This document shows, one piece after another, positions 36,493-49,766 of a stretch of DNA of 64,000 nt. The first letter of the stretch is position 1, and each line of letters opens with the position of its first letter. The notes under the pieces were generated by a model. It saw only the letters and a list, made by a program, of their open reading frames with translations, was not told the origin of the DNA and searched no databases. Both the position numbers and the translations under genes were made by a program. The stretch is from Antedon mediterranea (Eukaryota > Animalia > Echinodermata), in assembly GCF_964355755.1 (NCBI RefSeq), contig NC_092670.1, positions 10,096,201 through 10,160,200 of the forward strand. Direction: 5' to 3'.

Positions 36493-38417
36493 CCTGTGGT
36501 CGTATTCACCAATCTCACTTAGGCTAAGGGAAATACTTACCCTTAAAATTTTAGAATTCCCTTAACAAAGGAAAACACTTAAGGGGTATTCACAAATGAG
36601 TTAAGGGAATCACTTACCTAAGGAAAACACTTAATTTAAGGGTAAAACTTAAGGGTAAAAATAATCATAAATATTCATGAGTTGTCCCATTGTCCAATCA
36701 CAGAGGATTTAATTGGACTCGCAATAGGTCTAGCCTAGATGCTACTAACAAACCAACATTCTGTGCAGGCTTAAACCTGTCTGTATTGAGGAATATGCAT
36801 CCTAGGCTGGTTACTTGGAAGACCAACAGGGGGCCTAGCATCTCTACCTAGCCTAATAGACTGGGGGATGATTTATATTACAACGAAATGAGAAGCCATC
36901 TTCCACGAAAATAATGGCAGTCAAAATAAAAACAAATAAATGAATATAGGCCTAGACTAATTTGTATGGTAAGGATCAGCAAAAAAGGTCTAGATGCTAC
37001 TCAAATCAAACCAAACATGAATCCCTAGGGTGTCACGAAACCTAAGACCACGAAAGCTAAGACCCAAGACCTAAGATTACAAATATTTATCTTTCGCACC
37101 TGCCTTGTATTTTAACTCCCAACATTTATTCTGAATACACACCTTAGAATTGGCACTTTCATGAAAGAGAATCACATAAAAAGTAACAAATACATTTTTA
37201 AATTGATGATTTTACAGACGTTTTTCTCGCACACAAAATGTTGACTAGCCTACAGTACAGTAGGCCTACCCCATGTTCAATGTTTTTGTTTATATGGAAC
37301 GTCAAAAGAGCAAAAATTATATAGAGGGCTGAAAACTCTGTGGAGTCCATCTACAGTGTGGATGGAACAATGTAAAATTAAAATTGTAATGATAATAGTA
37401 TAATCATGCAAGTACGAGGAAATAAATACTGGCAAATAAATTTTAATTAAAAAATCATGATAAGTTTTTCTGTTTTTATACTTGTACTATTATTGTTGCT
37501 CTTTTGGCGCTCCATAGAAACAAAAACATTGAGCATGGGGAGCTCGACGAGTTACATTACAGTATACAAAGAAACACATCTGTAAAATCATAAATTTAAA
37601 GGATTTATTTATTTGTTATTATGTGTTTCTCCTTTTGAAAGTACTTATAAGTCCTAATTTTAAAGTGTGGTGTTCAGGATAAAGTTAGTCAACAAATTTG
37701 GAGTTAAAATACAAGAAAGGCAGGTGCGTAAGAAAAACATCCTCTGAACCAACACAATGGAGTAAATATATACAAACAAACAACCCATCAAGTTTGTTTG
37801 TTGTAAAGAAAAAATATACATTTACTCAACGGGCGAAAATAATGTGAGTTTATCTATGTTTTGCGGTGGTATTAAATTATATTTATGGTAATAAATGAAA
37901 CCTACTGTGTTTAAAATTATGTATGGATAAACAAGTATTGTTTTTAAGCTGTAGTATATCTTAGAATTGGTAATCTTAGGTCTTGGGTCTTAGCTTTCGT
38001 GATCTTAGGTCTTAGGGGGTCTTAGCTTTCGTGGTCTTAGGTTTCGTGACACCCTGAATCCCTAGGCTAGGCTGGTTACTGGGCACACCAACAGGGGGCC
38101 TAGCATCTCTACCTATGACTGGGGCTGTCTACAAGTAGGCATAGTACTCGCACATACAGAATCGTCAGCACAACCAAGGTACTGAATAGTTAAGGGAACT
38201 TTTAAGGGACCTCTGAGGTCCCTTAAAAGTTAAGGGGCCTCTGAGGTCCCTTAAAAGTTAAGGAGAAAATAGACCAAGTTAAGGGTTTCCCTTAACTTTA
38301 AACCCTTTGTGAATACCACTTAAGTGAAACCCTTAATATTTTCTTGATTTAAGGGAAATTCTTAGGATTTAAGGGAAATATCTCACTTAATGTGATTTTG
38401 GTGAATACGGCCACAGG
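36493..38417. mobile_element. Non-autonomous TIR element (Harbinger-like) with TTAAGGG subterminal repeats
   Basis: CCTGTGGTCGTATTCACC / GGTGAATACGGCCACAGG; TSD ambiguous (ctg vs cag). Confidence 0.75.
37028..38054. mobile_element. MULE-like MITE nested in the previous element
   Basis: TIR GGGTGTCACGAAACCTAAGACCACGAAAGCTAAGACC; 10-bp TSD TGAATCCCTA; long imperfect internal inverted arms. Confidence 0.88.
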
Positions 38418-38749
38418 CTCTGAACTTCCCAAATTTTCAACTCCAAATAAACCAAAGGAGGAAGTTAAAACACCACGCTTCCATCGCTTTTTCATACGTT
38501 TAGTGGAGGACTTCATCAATCTACTTCGAATGCAGCGTTAAGAAAACATATACATGACATCGGTATCCGCAGCGTCACTGATATAATTTCGCTGAAAAAT
38601 CGCAATCATCCTTGCCTCATTCTGTGTTGTGTTGGACAATGAATCTGATACTCTGATCATCTCATCACCTGAATCGTGGCCAGACAGAGTTCGCGTGAGG
38701 AACTTTACACCTAGAAAGCCGAGGAATAACTTACATTGCTTCAAACATC

Positions 38750-39900
38750 ATCCTACCTGATGAGGTTGTGAAAAAGTTAAACACAATATTTAAAAAATTT
38801 ATTTGGAATTAGATCGGAGCGAATATGAATTAGGTGGATTAAAAGTGTTCCACCTTGGCAACTATTTAGAATCTATTAGTTTATCGTGGATAATAAAATT
38901 GAGTTGTGTCTGTTGTGTCATCTGCAAAACAAGTAATTTTTAGCTCGTTCCTGTCGTGTAAATTTTGAGGTACTTTAATACACTTAATTTAGTCAGACTG
39001 TGTAATTTTGCAAGCAAGTGGTTCTACACCTAGTACAAAAAGAAAGCAGAGATTGGACAGCCTTGTCTTACTCCTCTTTCGACATTAAAGAATTTAAACA
39101 CATGTCCGTTATTGATTAAAATGAAGGATTTTTCCAAAGTTTAGTCTTTTGAGAACATCTATTAATATCGCCTATTAATCGAGTCAAATGCCTTTTTAAA
39201 ATCAACGCATAGCATTCTCGAGTTTCTTGAGATATCTTCAATTAGTCTTATATTTTAGTGTATATTTCTTCCTTTAACAAAACCGCTTTGATCATAACTA
39301 ATAATAGAATAACTTCTCGTTGCTAAGCATTTGGTTAGAATTTTATAGTCTATCTTTAAATGACTGCTAATAGGACGCCAATTATCTCGTGAGTGGCGGG
39401 GTAAATCTTTCTCTTTGTGTATAGCATTTAAGAGATTGAGATTTTGTTAATTCACCAAATTTTTATGATCATTAAATGCATTCACTACATGTTATCCTAC
39501 TTTAACCCAGAATCTTTTATAAATTCAGGTGAGAGCCCATCATACCCAGGGCTTTTATTATTTTCAATCATTTTTAGTGCATTTAAACATTCCTCATAGC
39601 TATACCTATATCTAGTTTCGGAAAAGTAATTCCATCTAGAAATGATTCTATATTTTCTGTAAGAGTGTCGTTTTCAGATCTATATAGTTCAGAAAAGAAA
39701 CTGACCTGCATGTTTAAAATGTCAGAGTTGTTTGTGATTTCTCTGTTGAATTTGTTTGAGTTTTTTTATACCTTTTATTTTTTCTAGATTAAAAATATTT
39801 TGATGACCTTTCACCTTCTTCGCACCACTTTTCACGAGATCTTATTTGAATGCCTCTAACTACGTGCTCGTAAAGCGTTTCATATTCCAATTTTACCTTG
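38750..39900 (-). pseudogene. Degenerate L1/Tx1-type LINE RT fragments
   Basis: Minus strand: KSPGYDGLSPEF, WRPIS..DYKILTK, GVRQGCPISAFLFVLGVEPLA, with many disruptions. A + strand fragment (KKLNTIFKKFIW..GGLKV) lies at ~38750-38900. Confidence 0.75.
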
Positions 39901-42064
39901 TTATATTGACGTCAAAGGGACAATAAGTTTTGTATTTTTATTTTAACCGATTTTTGTTTGATTTACGCGAATCCGTGAATTTTTATACCAAATTCAATTT
40001 TAATTTCAATTTTTTTTAAGAGAGAGAAGAGAGAGAGTGAATGTGATAAGGTTACACTTCAGAGTCAATGGTTTTGGCTAACTCAATTTTTGCTTATATG
40101 TATAATAATGTTTTTTTTCTTTTATATAACTTTAATTTTGCATGCCACTATTATAACCATTTTTATATTTTAAATAGATTTAAAAAAAAAAAGGGAAACA
40201 GAAGGATGTAATGTAATGACATACATTTATAATTGAGAAATCAACCTTTGTATCAGAATTCAAATAAGTTCACAAACTTGGCCCAGAAAGTCCAGAGGAG
40301 AGTTTGTCCAGATGTTTTAAAAGTCCATTTAGCTCATAATTAAATCCCAAAAGTAAACAGTTTATTTGACCTCTCTAACTGTTCCCATTGTAAAACAATT
40401 AGATATTGACAGTTTTAAGCAAAGATTCGACAGGGCCAATTCATCATTGTAACCCCCCAGATAAGATCAATCACTCCCACCTAAACACCCCTGGATCAAC
40501 TTAGGACCAATCATTAGCTCCATAAATGATGTAATTGACATACTGTATGCAAATGAACCGAAGCCAATATACCCCCAAGAGCCCAGACACACCTTTAGGC
40601 TATGGGGCATGCCCTTCTATCGTTTCATTTCGTGATCCCCTATCGGAGGGGAGAATAAAATTGCTATGACAATTATAACAAAAATATAGATAACCTTAAA
40701 CTGGCCGGTCCCGCTTGTAAATTTTACGCGTCAACGAAATATGTTTGTTTTTATATGTATTTTATTGCGATGTAGAAGATTTGTGTAGGTCAGTACAGGT
40801 CGCACAATTGACCAATCAAAAAATTTGTCTTTTAACTCATGGAGCTGTGCAACAGTAACTGTCCAATCAGATTCCCTTACACAGCGGGATAGGCTACTAG
40901 ACGATCGTAAACAAACATGTGTTGTTCTTCTGGAGCGCGGAGCAGGAAGATGTCATCTTCTGATGATCAAAAACGTTGTTATTGACACAATACATCTAAT
41001 TCTCGGACAATATTAACATTCACAGAAACCAAATGGAAAACTTTTTTAATGTGTACAAAAAGTTGGTGCAATCTAAGCGGCAATCAAAAGGAGTTTTGTA
41101 GCCGCAAATCCTTTTGAAAATATTTAGAGGAGCTTACCAATACTTGTTACCAATTCCTGGCGACGCTGGATGTCATAAAATGATGCTATCAATATTTCAC
41201 TGATTGTAGCAAACAAAGGCGAGCAGTAAAATATGAAATAGAGGATGTTAATTCATCCAACAATGAAGAAGGTAAATTCTATTTGTTTTAATGATAGGTC
41301 TAGCCTAGGCCCCTAGCTAGTAGGCCTAGTAATTAGTTCATATCATATCTGCCTTGCTAAAAAAAGCCTAGCTAGGTAGGTTGGCGGTGGGTAGTCTACA
41401 AAGTTTATTTTTTTAATATGTATTAAGCCTACGTAGAGTAGGCTAGGCCTAGTATATAATTTTTTTTAAATATCTGGGCCAACAAAAATGAACCCATAAT
41501 TACAATATGAATTAGGCCTAGCTAGGGTGGCCCCAGTATTATTGTGTAGTGGACCTAGTTTGATGGTAGGCCTACCTCCATCTTGGGAAAAAACATTTGC
41601 ATTTTATTATTCAATGTGGTAATGCATGCAAACCTTGGCTTGGTAGCCTCAGGCAAGGAGAGAATAGACCAACCTGATGCTTTATGTTGTTATTTGAGAC
41701 ATATTATTTGAATTATTGTACTGCAATATTAAATAGTGTATAGATGAACTGATTATATTATTATATTTATTACACAAACATTTAGAATCATAAATATTAA
41801 TTAGTATTCTTTTTTTTTACTGAAGAATTTCAAGGATTAGAGTCAACAGAAGAGTCAACAGCAGAACCTGTTACTAAACGAAGGAGAGTTCTGCGATCAC
41901 ATGTAGCAATTACACAAACTGCATAAAAAATGCTGAACGAAGTCGAAGAGCAGCCATCGGCTCACAAACAATTAAAATACCAAAAGCCGAACAGCAAATT
42001 CCAGAACAGTTGAAAACATTTTTATCTGCATCTGCTAATCAAGTTCTTCTTTCAGATATGAAGC

Positions 42065-42754
42065 ATGTGTGAAGCAGATCACCTCAAGGGAATAAATGTA
42101 TTCATAACATCATCATTATTATGCCATTCTATTTCAGAATCAAATGGAAAAGTTTTAATCAAGAAGAGGCAGACACCAGAATGTTTCTGTATGCGAAGTA
42201 TGCTGCACACCATGGTGGTAAAGATATTGTTACAATCAGCCCTGACACTGATGATGTTTTTATTATTGGATTGGCATTTTGCAAAAGTCTGCATGGCTCT
42301 CACCTATATTTCAATACTGGAAAAGATGCTAATCTCCGAACAATTCATCTGCAGGCTATTCAGGAACATATTGGAAATGATGTTTCAAATGCATTAATTA
42401 GACTACATTGCTTCACAGGATGCGATTCAGTCAGCGCTTTTTTTGGGAACGGTAAAGTGAAGGCAATGAAACTCGTAATGGAAAACTCTAATTTATGCAT
42501 TCTTTTTATTGGGCAATTCTACCAGCGAACTTTCAGATGAATTACTTTGTGATCTAGAAACATTTGTATGTAGGCTGTATGGTCAGCAACCTGCTCTACA
42601 CAGCATTCTCGAATTGTCATCCTGGTCATGTAAAAAGTCAAAATGCAATGAAGGGGTTGCAAATGAAAAATGCTGTGTATCCTTAGGATTCTCTTGTACA
42701 GAATTATGCTCCTGCAAAAACTGTAACAATCTTCTTCATACATCAGATGTTTGA
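42065..42754 (+). pseudogene. Frameshifted Academ transposase C-terminus (XPG/PIN-like nuclease plus Cys-rich finger)
   Basis: QEEADTRMFL, SPDTDDVF, HCFTGCDSVSAFFGNGK, ETFVCRLYG, C...C...CTELCSCKNC. Confidence 0.82.
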
Positions 42755-42889
42755 AATTGATGGAGATGATAGCGATGATGAGGAAGAGGGAGATGAATTT
42801 GAGCAGGAAGAACTTTTTAGTGTAGTTTAAGTGTAATTTATGGTTTACAAATGTTCATTTTACTTGGTCTACATGATTTTAATGTAATA

Positions 42890-43381
42890 GGCCTATAATA
42901 TGTGAATTTAGGTTAAACTATTTTGTAACTTAACTATTTTGTAACGTAACGGATGAACCATGAGAAAGTATAAATAAAGAACCCATGAGATGATAAGCAA
43001 TATTAAGACACAGGAGTATTATAAGAAACTTTCTACTTTGATGTTTACAATACATTAATATGCCTATAATATGTAAATTTATATTAAACTATTTTGTAAC
43101 TTAACTATTTTGTAACGTAACGGATGAACCATGAGAAAGTATAAAATAAAAACCCATGAGATGATAAGCGATATTAAGACACAGGAGTATTATAAGAAAC
43201 TTTCTACTTTAATGTTTACATTTTTTTCTATAGTTTGGTGTACATGTAAATTTATATTAAACTGTTTTGTAACTTAACTACAGTATTTTGTAACGTAACG
43301 GATGAACCATGAGAAAGTATAAAATAAAGAACCCATGAGATGATAAGCAATATTAAGAAACAGGAGTATTATAAGAAACTT
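42890..43381. repeat. ~3 tandem copies of a ~180-bp unit inside the Academ element
   Basis: GTAACGTAACGGATGAACCATGAGAAAGTATAAA...CAGGAGTATTATAAGAAACT repeated three times. Confidence 0.92.
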
Positions 43382-44863
43382 TGCTGTAATAATTTCATTT
43401 ATTTGTTACTAATTGATTATAATTCTATGTTATACATCTACAATGAAAACAATAATGCAACATTTGATTTATTACTAATTGATTATAATTCTATGTTATG
43501 CATCCAATGAAAACAAAAAGTTGCAATTATATAGGAGAGATAATATTAATAAATATTTTGTGACAGCATAGTCATGAATTATAAAGATTGAAAATGCATC
43601 TTCTTTTCAGTGTGCTTAAATAAATATTAATTAAGGTTTACTAACAGATACATTTCTTACAAGGACTACAATATTAATGTCAAAATTATGATAAAAATAT
43701 TGCATGTTAAATGTGAAAGAAAGATACAGTATAAGTTATTCCAATGGAACGATTGTATTTTATCCAGTAATAACACTAACAGAAAATATACAAAATAGAG
43801 GGCGCTATTTCTATGTATTTCTTTATGTTGAGAAATTCGATTTTTTTACACCTAAAATTACACTTATTGCGTAACTTTTGAAAGCGGGACCGGCTGAATT
43901 TGTGTTAATCTAATTATTAACTATAAACTGTGTGAATATCTTCCTCCCCCCCGTTAGGAGATCACGAAATTCGTTTTCTAGGCCTCTTTTTGGCTCATGC
44001 CCCATAGCCTACTTACAGCTACTTCACGGAGCACACACCTCACAGCCACTTCCTCAGAAGCAGACCTACACACCTCACATCTCACCAACAGCATCACCTA
44101 ATCCCCTGTTCCTTATCCTTATACTTATAGTTGTATATTATATTGTATCAAGTATTATTGAATAAACAATATATGTGTTACTGCAGTCAAGCGAGTAAGA
44201 GTCTTCATTAGAAGTCAAAAACCTCATAACACTATATTACACTACGTGAACATTTTCATTAAACCAACGTTTGTTGCACAACTACATATGTACATGCATC
44301 TGCTGTCCAAGTTACAACATTACTGCTATCGCCGTTTTTGAGATCTGCGACCAACAAAAAATGAGCAGAAAAAATGAAATTTTTGACAATAACAATAGGC
44401 TATCACTCTACAGAGAGCGATAGCGTAATAAATACAAATACTACTTACTAATGTCCACTTCCACAGGGACAGAAAAATAATTATTTTTGCTTTCAATTAC
44501 AGTTTTTCATGTAAATTTATTTTTTTTTAAATACGGTAAACAAACATTCTACAAAAGTTTGTCCACTTATTTTTAAAAGGACATCCATGACTTAAATAGT
44601 CTTCTCGTGGAAGACAGCTAGCCAACACAAATGGAATCCATTGAAAGATACGATCTTGGTAGAGCAAATACAATAGCCGGTGTAATTGCACATTGAGCCA
44701 CTTAAAAAAATAGAAAGAACCCGGTCAAAGATCCCTCAAACCACACCTGAATGAAAGTTGAAGAAAGATTCCTCATTGTATTTACTATACAGTAACCACT
44801 GCGCAGATAGTAATGTTACATACCGCAATGAATCATAATTTTTTTACTATGATGACATCTTTA

Positions 44864-44868
<5 letters not shown>

Positions 44869-44948
<80 letters not shown>
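44869..44948. repeat. (TA)n microsatellite; further TA runs at 44978-44997 and 45319-45353
   Basis: Read directly. Confidence 0.98.
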
Positions 44949-44952
<4 letters not shown>

Positions 44953-44997
44953 TCTTTAAAATGTTCATATATTAAAGATATATATATATATATATAT

Positions 44998-45315
44998 TCC
45001 AAAATTGTTTATATCTCTACCAAGCTACCTTCTTTGTTTTCCACTCTTATTCAGACTCCACCCTGGCTCCCTTTGTTATATTTCTTTTATTCATGTCCAC
45101 CCAGGCAGCACTTGCCAGCTTTATACTATGACGTTATCCAAATTCCTTCACTTGCACTGATGAAGGGCTAGTGTTGCCCGAAAGCTCTGCTAACTTTTCT
45201 GGCTGTTTACTTTATCGTTTTGATTTAGCTTTTCGCTTTTTATTTTTGTATCTCCATTGAGATCCAGCCACTGATACCCACAGCATTGTCATTTTTCTCA
45301 GTAATTTGCCTTTGG

Positions 45316-45318
<3 letters not shown>
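44998..45318 (+). mobile_element. Solo Penelope-like pLTR or retrozyme-like insert in (TA)n
   Basis: ~320-bp pyrimidine-rich non-coding insert flanked by TA runs and containing a minimal hammerhead motif. Confidence 0.65.
45154..45190 (+). ncRNA. Minimal type I hammerhead ribozyme motif
   Basis: GCA-CTGATGA-A-GGGC(tagtgtt)GCCC-GAAA-GC-TC-TGC: intact core, 4-bp stem II, palindromic AGCT stem III, 3-bp stem I. Confidence 0.85.
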
Positions 45319-45355
<37 letters not shown>

Positions 45356-46062
45356 TTAATATATGAACATTTTAAAGAAGGTTAATGTTAATTTTGTTAT
45401 TTCGGTCTTGATTGTCGAAATTAATGTTTTAAAATTTAATATGCAATTAATTAATGATTTAATCAACATTTTTTTTCTTAATTTCATAATAAATCACAAA
45501 TATGATACATACAGTTTATGAAAATGCAAAATAGGAGTTCTCGAACATTCGGACGACCTATGTTAATTTTAAAATTTAGCATCTTTTCACCATTTTCTTA
45601 ACTTACACTTGCGTAGCCTGTCACTTTTGACGTGCTTGTATAACGTAGTTTTAAGTTGAAAATAAAATATGATGAAATTATTAAAGAAAGGTTGTAAAAC
45701 AGAAATCGGGCAAAAAGAGTGCGTATGAACGCTTAACGCGCAGTGCGCGTGCAAAAATCTGAGCACTCATAGCAATTCTTTAACCGCTTAAAATTGCCTG
45801 AAACTTATTGTAATTACATCAAAAATAAATTTTAAGCACGCATACGCATGCGTTATATGCGCTACAATTGTCTCAATACACTTCTGAGCGTTTAGCTGGC
45901 TTTAACCATGTGGTTTTCTACCTCGAGCATAACCTTATTGGCTATATGGCAGTATTCAAGTAATTAAAATGTTGAATAGCATTTAATCCGATTTACATTT
46001 AGGTAAAACTTAGGGTTCCAAGCATCATACAATAAGAAGATCGTTACGAATGTTATGAGGTA

Positions 46063-49000
46063 TCTATATATAAATTTACGTAAGGGAAAAATTCGGTAAA
46101 TCGCGCCTTACTTCTAGAATGTTTACTCGATGGTATATAAAGTTGGTTCGTACTTTCGATACTGATTTTAACCACCTGATGTAACCCTGTTTACTAATTA
46201 AATGGAGTTCGATAATTAGTTATTGACGATTAAAACGAATTTACGTTCAACGATTTGCCCCAAATAGGGGTGTTTTCCGATCGTGGTATACACTGTCCAA
46301 TGCATGTATATCTTGAAAAATACCCGCATACAATAATACGAGGATGCTTCGCATTTTCCTATCTCCTCCTACGATAATTGTTTTTAATGGATGAAAACCG
46401 GTTGAACAGCTCGAGTACAGCATCATAATGTTGAAGACAGACCTATTTTCTTAAAAACATACTATTTTGATAGATTTAATATACATTTATACAAATGTAT
46501 TGATTTCCGATGAATGGAACATTCCAATAATAAATCTTTGCTTTAACACAAGTACCACCAGCTGTAGGTAAATGTATTGGCCCTTGGGGAATTAACCTAA
46601 AACCTATATATAGATAAGTATTGCAATACTTGGACATTACTGTAAATACGTATTAACATTTGTGGTCGCCATTGAATTTACTGTGAGTGTGGGTACTGTT
46701 AGATGTATAACACAATCATGTACAAATAAACGTATTACTGTGAGTGTAGGCCCTACTGTTAATATATAGAACGTACAATATACAAATAAACTGTAGTACT
46801 GACAGTTGCTTCTCAACGTTTGTATTAATTAATAATTACAAAGAATATAAACGTTGTAGTGGTACGTGTATCGTTACATGTACTATGCTATTTCAATCGA
46901 CTATGACAGTGACAGTTTTAACAAAGTATTAAGTTGCAAATGTGTTACTGTATCAAGTGGTATATTATTTATAGGCCTGTGAGTAGGCCCTACTGTTATA
47001 TAAAACGTACAATATACAAATAAACTGTACTACTGACAGTTGCTTCTCAACGTTTGTATTAATTAATAATTACAAAGAATATAAACGTTGTAGTGGTACG
47101 TGTATCGTTACATGTACATGCTATTTCAATGGACTATAAGAGTGACAGTTTTAATAAAGTATTAAATCGCAAATGTGTTACTGTATCAAGTGGTATATTA
47201 TTTATAGGCCTATCAAAGTGAAAAACATATTTTGTTACTGAGTAGATAAATAATATATTAAAACATTGTTCTTCTTTGTACCCATATCATCTTCCCCATC
47301 CCTCAAAACTAATGTTACACACAAAACACAAATTGGGTTTGTTTAAATGAGTCCAAATAACAAATTTGGACTCATTTTGTGACAAGTTTCTCTTTCGGAA
47401 GTAATTCCCAGTGTGCTAATTTCAGTTTAATACATAAATCATCGTGTCTATTTATTCGTTTCTGTAAACAATAATAACTATTATCGTCCTGCAGTACGTA
47501 CATTAAAATTTATTGGCCCTTGGGGAATTAACCTAAAACCTATATCTATATATAAATTTACGTAAGGGCAAAATTCGGTAAATCGCGCGTTATTTCTAGA
47601 ATGTTTACTCGATGGTATATAAAGTTGGTTATAATCTCGGTACTGATTTTAACCACCTGATGTAACCCTGTTTACTAATTAAATTTAGTTAGATAATTAG
47701 TTATTGACAATTAAAACGAATTTAGGTTCAACCATTTGCCCCAAATAGGGGTGTTTTCCGATCGTGGTATACACTGTCTAATGGATGTCCTCATGAAAAA
47801 TACCTGTACACAATAATACGAGGATACTTCGTATTTTCCTATCTCCTCCTACGATAATTGTTTTTAATAGCTGAAAACCGGTTGAACAGCTCGAGTACAG
47901 CATCATAATGTTGAAGACAGGCCGATTTTCTTTAAAAAATACTATTTTGATAGATTTAATATACGTTTATACAAATGTATTGATTTGCAATGAATGGAAC
48001 ATTCCAAATTATTTGGTTTAACCATGCTTGCATACCTCCATGATTTAACACAAGTAGGTCAATTTATGGGCCCTTTGAGAATAAACATAAATAGTATTGT
48101 AAAGCTATACAATACTGTAAATAGGTATTAACCACTTTTGATAGCCATTTGAATCGCAAATTTCTTATTGTGTGTGTTGGTAGGCCTACTGTTTATTATA
48201 ATATAAACAAATATACTAATAAACTTTATTACTGTGAGTGTGGGTAGCCCCTTCTTTTAGATTATAAACACATAATAATAGGCCTATAATACTTTATTAC
48301 TGACAGTTGCTTCTCAACGTTTGTATTAATTAATAATTACAAAAAAATATAAACGTCGTGGTGGTGTATCGTTACATGTACTTTACTATTTCAATCGACT
48401 ATGACAGTGACAATTTTAACAGTTATTAAATCGGAAATGTTTTACTCTATTTAGGTTTATATTATTTATAGGCCTATTAAAAAAAAACCCAACCCTCAAT
48501 AATGTTAGATACAAAATACAAATTGGGTTTGTTTAAATGAGTCCAAATCAAACATTTGGACTCATTTTGTGAGAAGTTTCTCTTTTGGAAGTAATTCGCA
48601 GGGTGCTAATTTTGGTTGACTACAAAAATACATAAATAAATGTTTTATAGTCATGCGGTACGTAGGCCTACATTTTGAAATCGCCAGTTTTTTTACGCTG
48701 AAATTACTATGTATTCGAGAACCATATGTGGGCACGACCTAGATGGTACGCGAGCGAAGCGAGCGTACCATCTAGTATAGATAAGTATTGCAATACTTGG
48801 ACATTACTGTAAATACGTATTAACATTTGTGGTCGCCATTGAATTTACTGTGAGTGTGGGTACTGTTAGATGTATAACACAATCATGTACAAATAAACGT
48901 ATTACTGTGAGTGTAGGCTCTACTGTTATATAGAACGTACAATATACAAATAAACTGTAGTACTGACAGTTGCTTCTCAACGTTTGTATTAATTAATAAT

Positions 49001-49766
49001 TACAAAGAATATAAACGTTGTAGTGGTACATGTATCGTTGCATGTACTATGCTATTTCAATCGACTATGACAGTGACAGTTTTAACAAAGTATTAAGTCG
49101 CAAATGTGTTACTGTATCAAGTGGTATATTATTTATAGGCCTGTGAGTAGGCCCTACTGTTATATAAAACGTACAATATACAAATAAACTGTACTACTGA
49201 CAGTTGCTTCTCAACGTTTGTATTAATTAATAATTACAAAGAATATAAACGTTGTAGTGGTACGTGTATCGTTACATGTACATGCTATTTCAATGGACTA
49301 TAACAGTGACAGTTTTAACAAAGTATTAAATCGCAAATGTGTTACTGTATCAAGTGGTATATTATTTATAGGCCTATCAAAGTGAAAAACATATTTCGTT
49401 ACTGAGTAGATAAATAATATATTAAAACATTGTTCTTCTTTGTACCCATATCCTCTTCCCCATCCCTCAAAACTAATGTTACACACAAAACACAAATTGG
49501 GTTTGTTTAAATGAGTCCAAATAACAAATTTGGACTCATTTTGTGACAAGTTTCTCTTTCGGAAGTAATTCCCAGTGTGCTAATTTCAGTTTAATACATA
49601 AATCATCGTGTCTATTTATTCGTTTCTGTAAACAATAATAACTATTATCGTCCTGCAGTACGTACATTAAAAAAAGCATTTTTTTACGCTGAAATTACTG
49701 TGTACTCGAGAACCATCTGTGGGCACGACCTAGATGGTCCGCGAGCTTAGCGAGCGTACCACCTAG
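46063..49766 (+). mobile_element. Non-autonomous Helitron with an internal ~930-bp tandem duplication and a nested Helitron
   Basis: A|TC start; imperfect 3' hairpin TAGATGGTCCGC...GCGTACCACCTAG|T. Confidence 0.85.
47545..48775 (+). mobile_element. Nested non-autonomous Helitron of the same family
   Basis: A|TC...CTAG|T; hairpin CTAGATGGTACGC/GCGTACCATCTAG; the empty site AACCTATA|TATAGATAAG is present at 46601-46618. Confidence 0.9.

Larger units (their letters stand above)
40596..44010 (+). mobile_element. Academ (AcademX-type) DNA transposon, deleted and degenerate
   Basis: TAG...CTA termini (TAGGCTATGGG / CCCATAGCCTA); 3-bp TSD CTT; subterminal inverted motifs; XPG-like and Cys-rich coding remnants. 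Confidence 0.85.
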
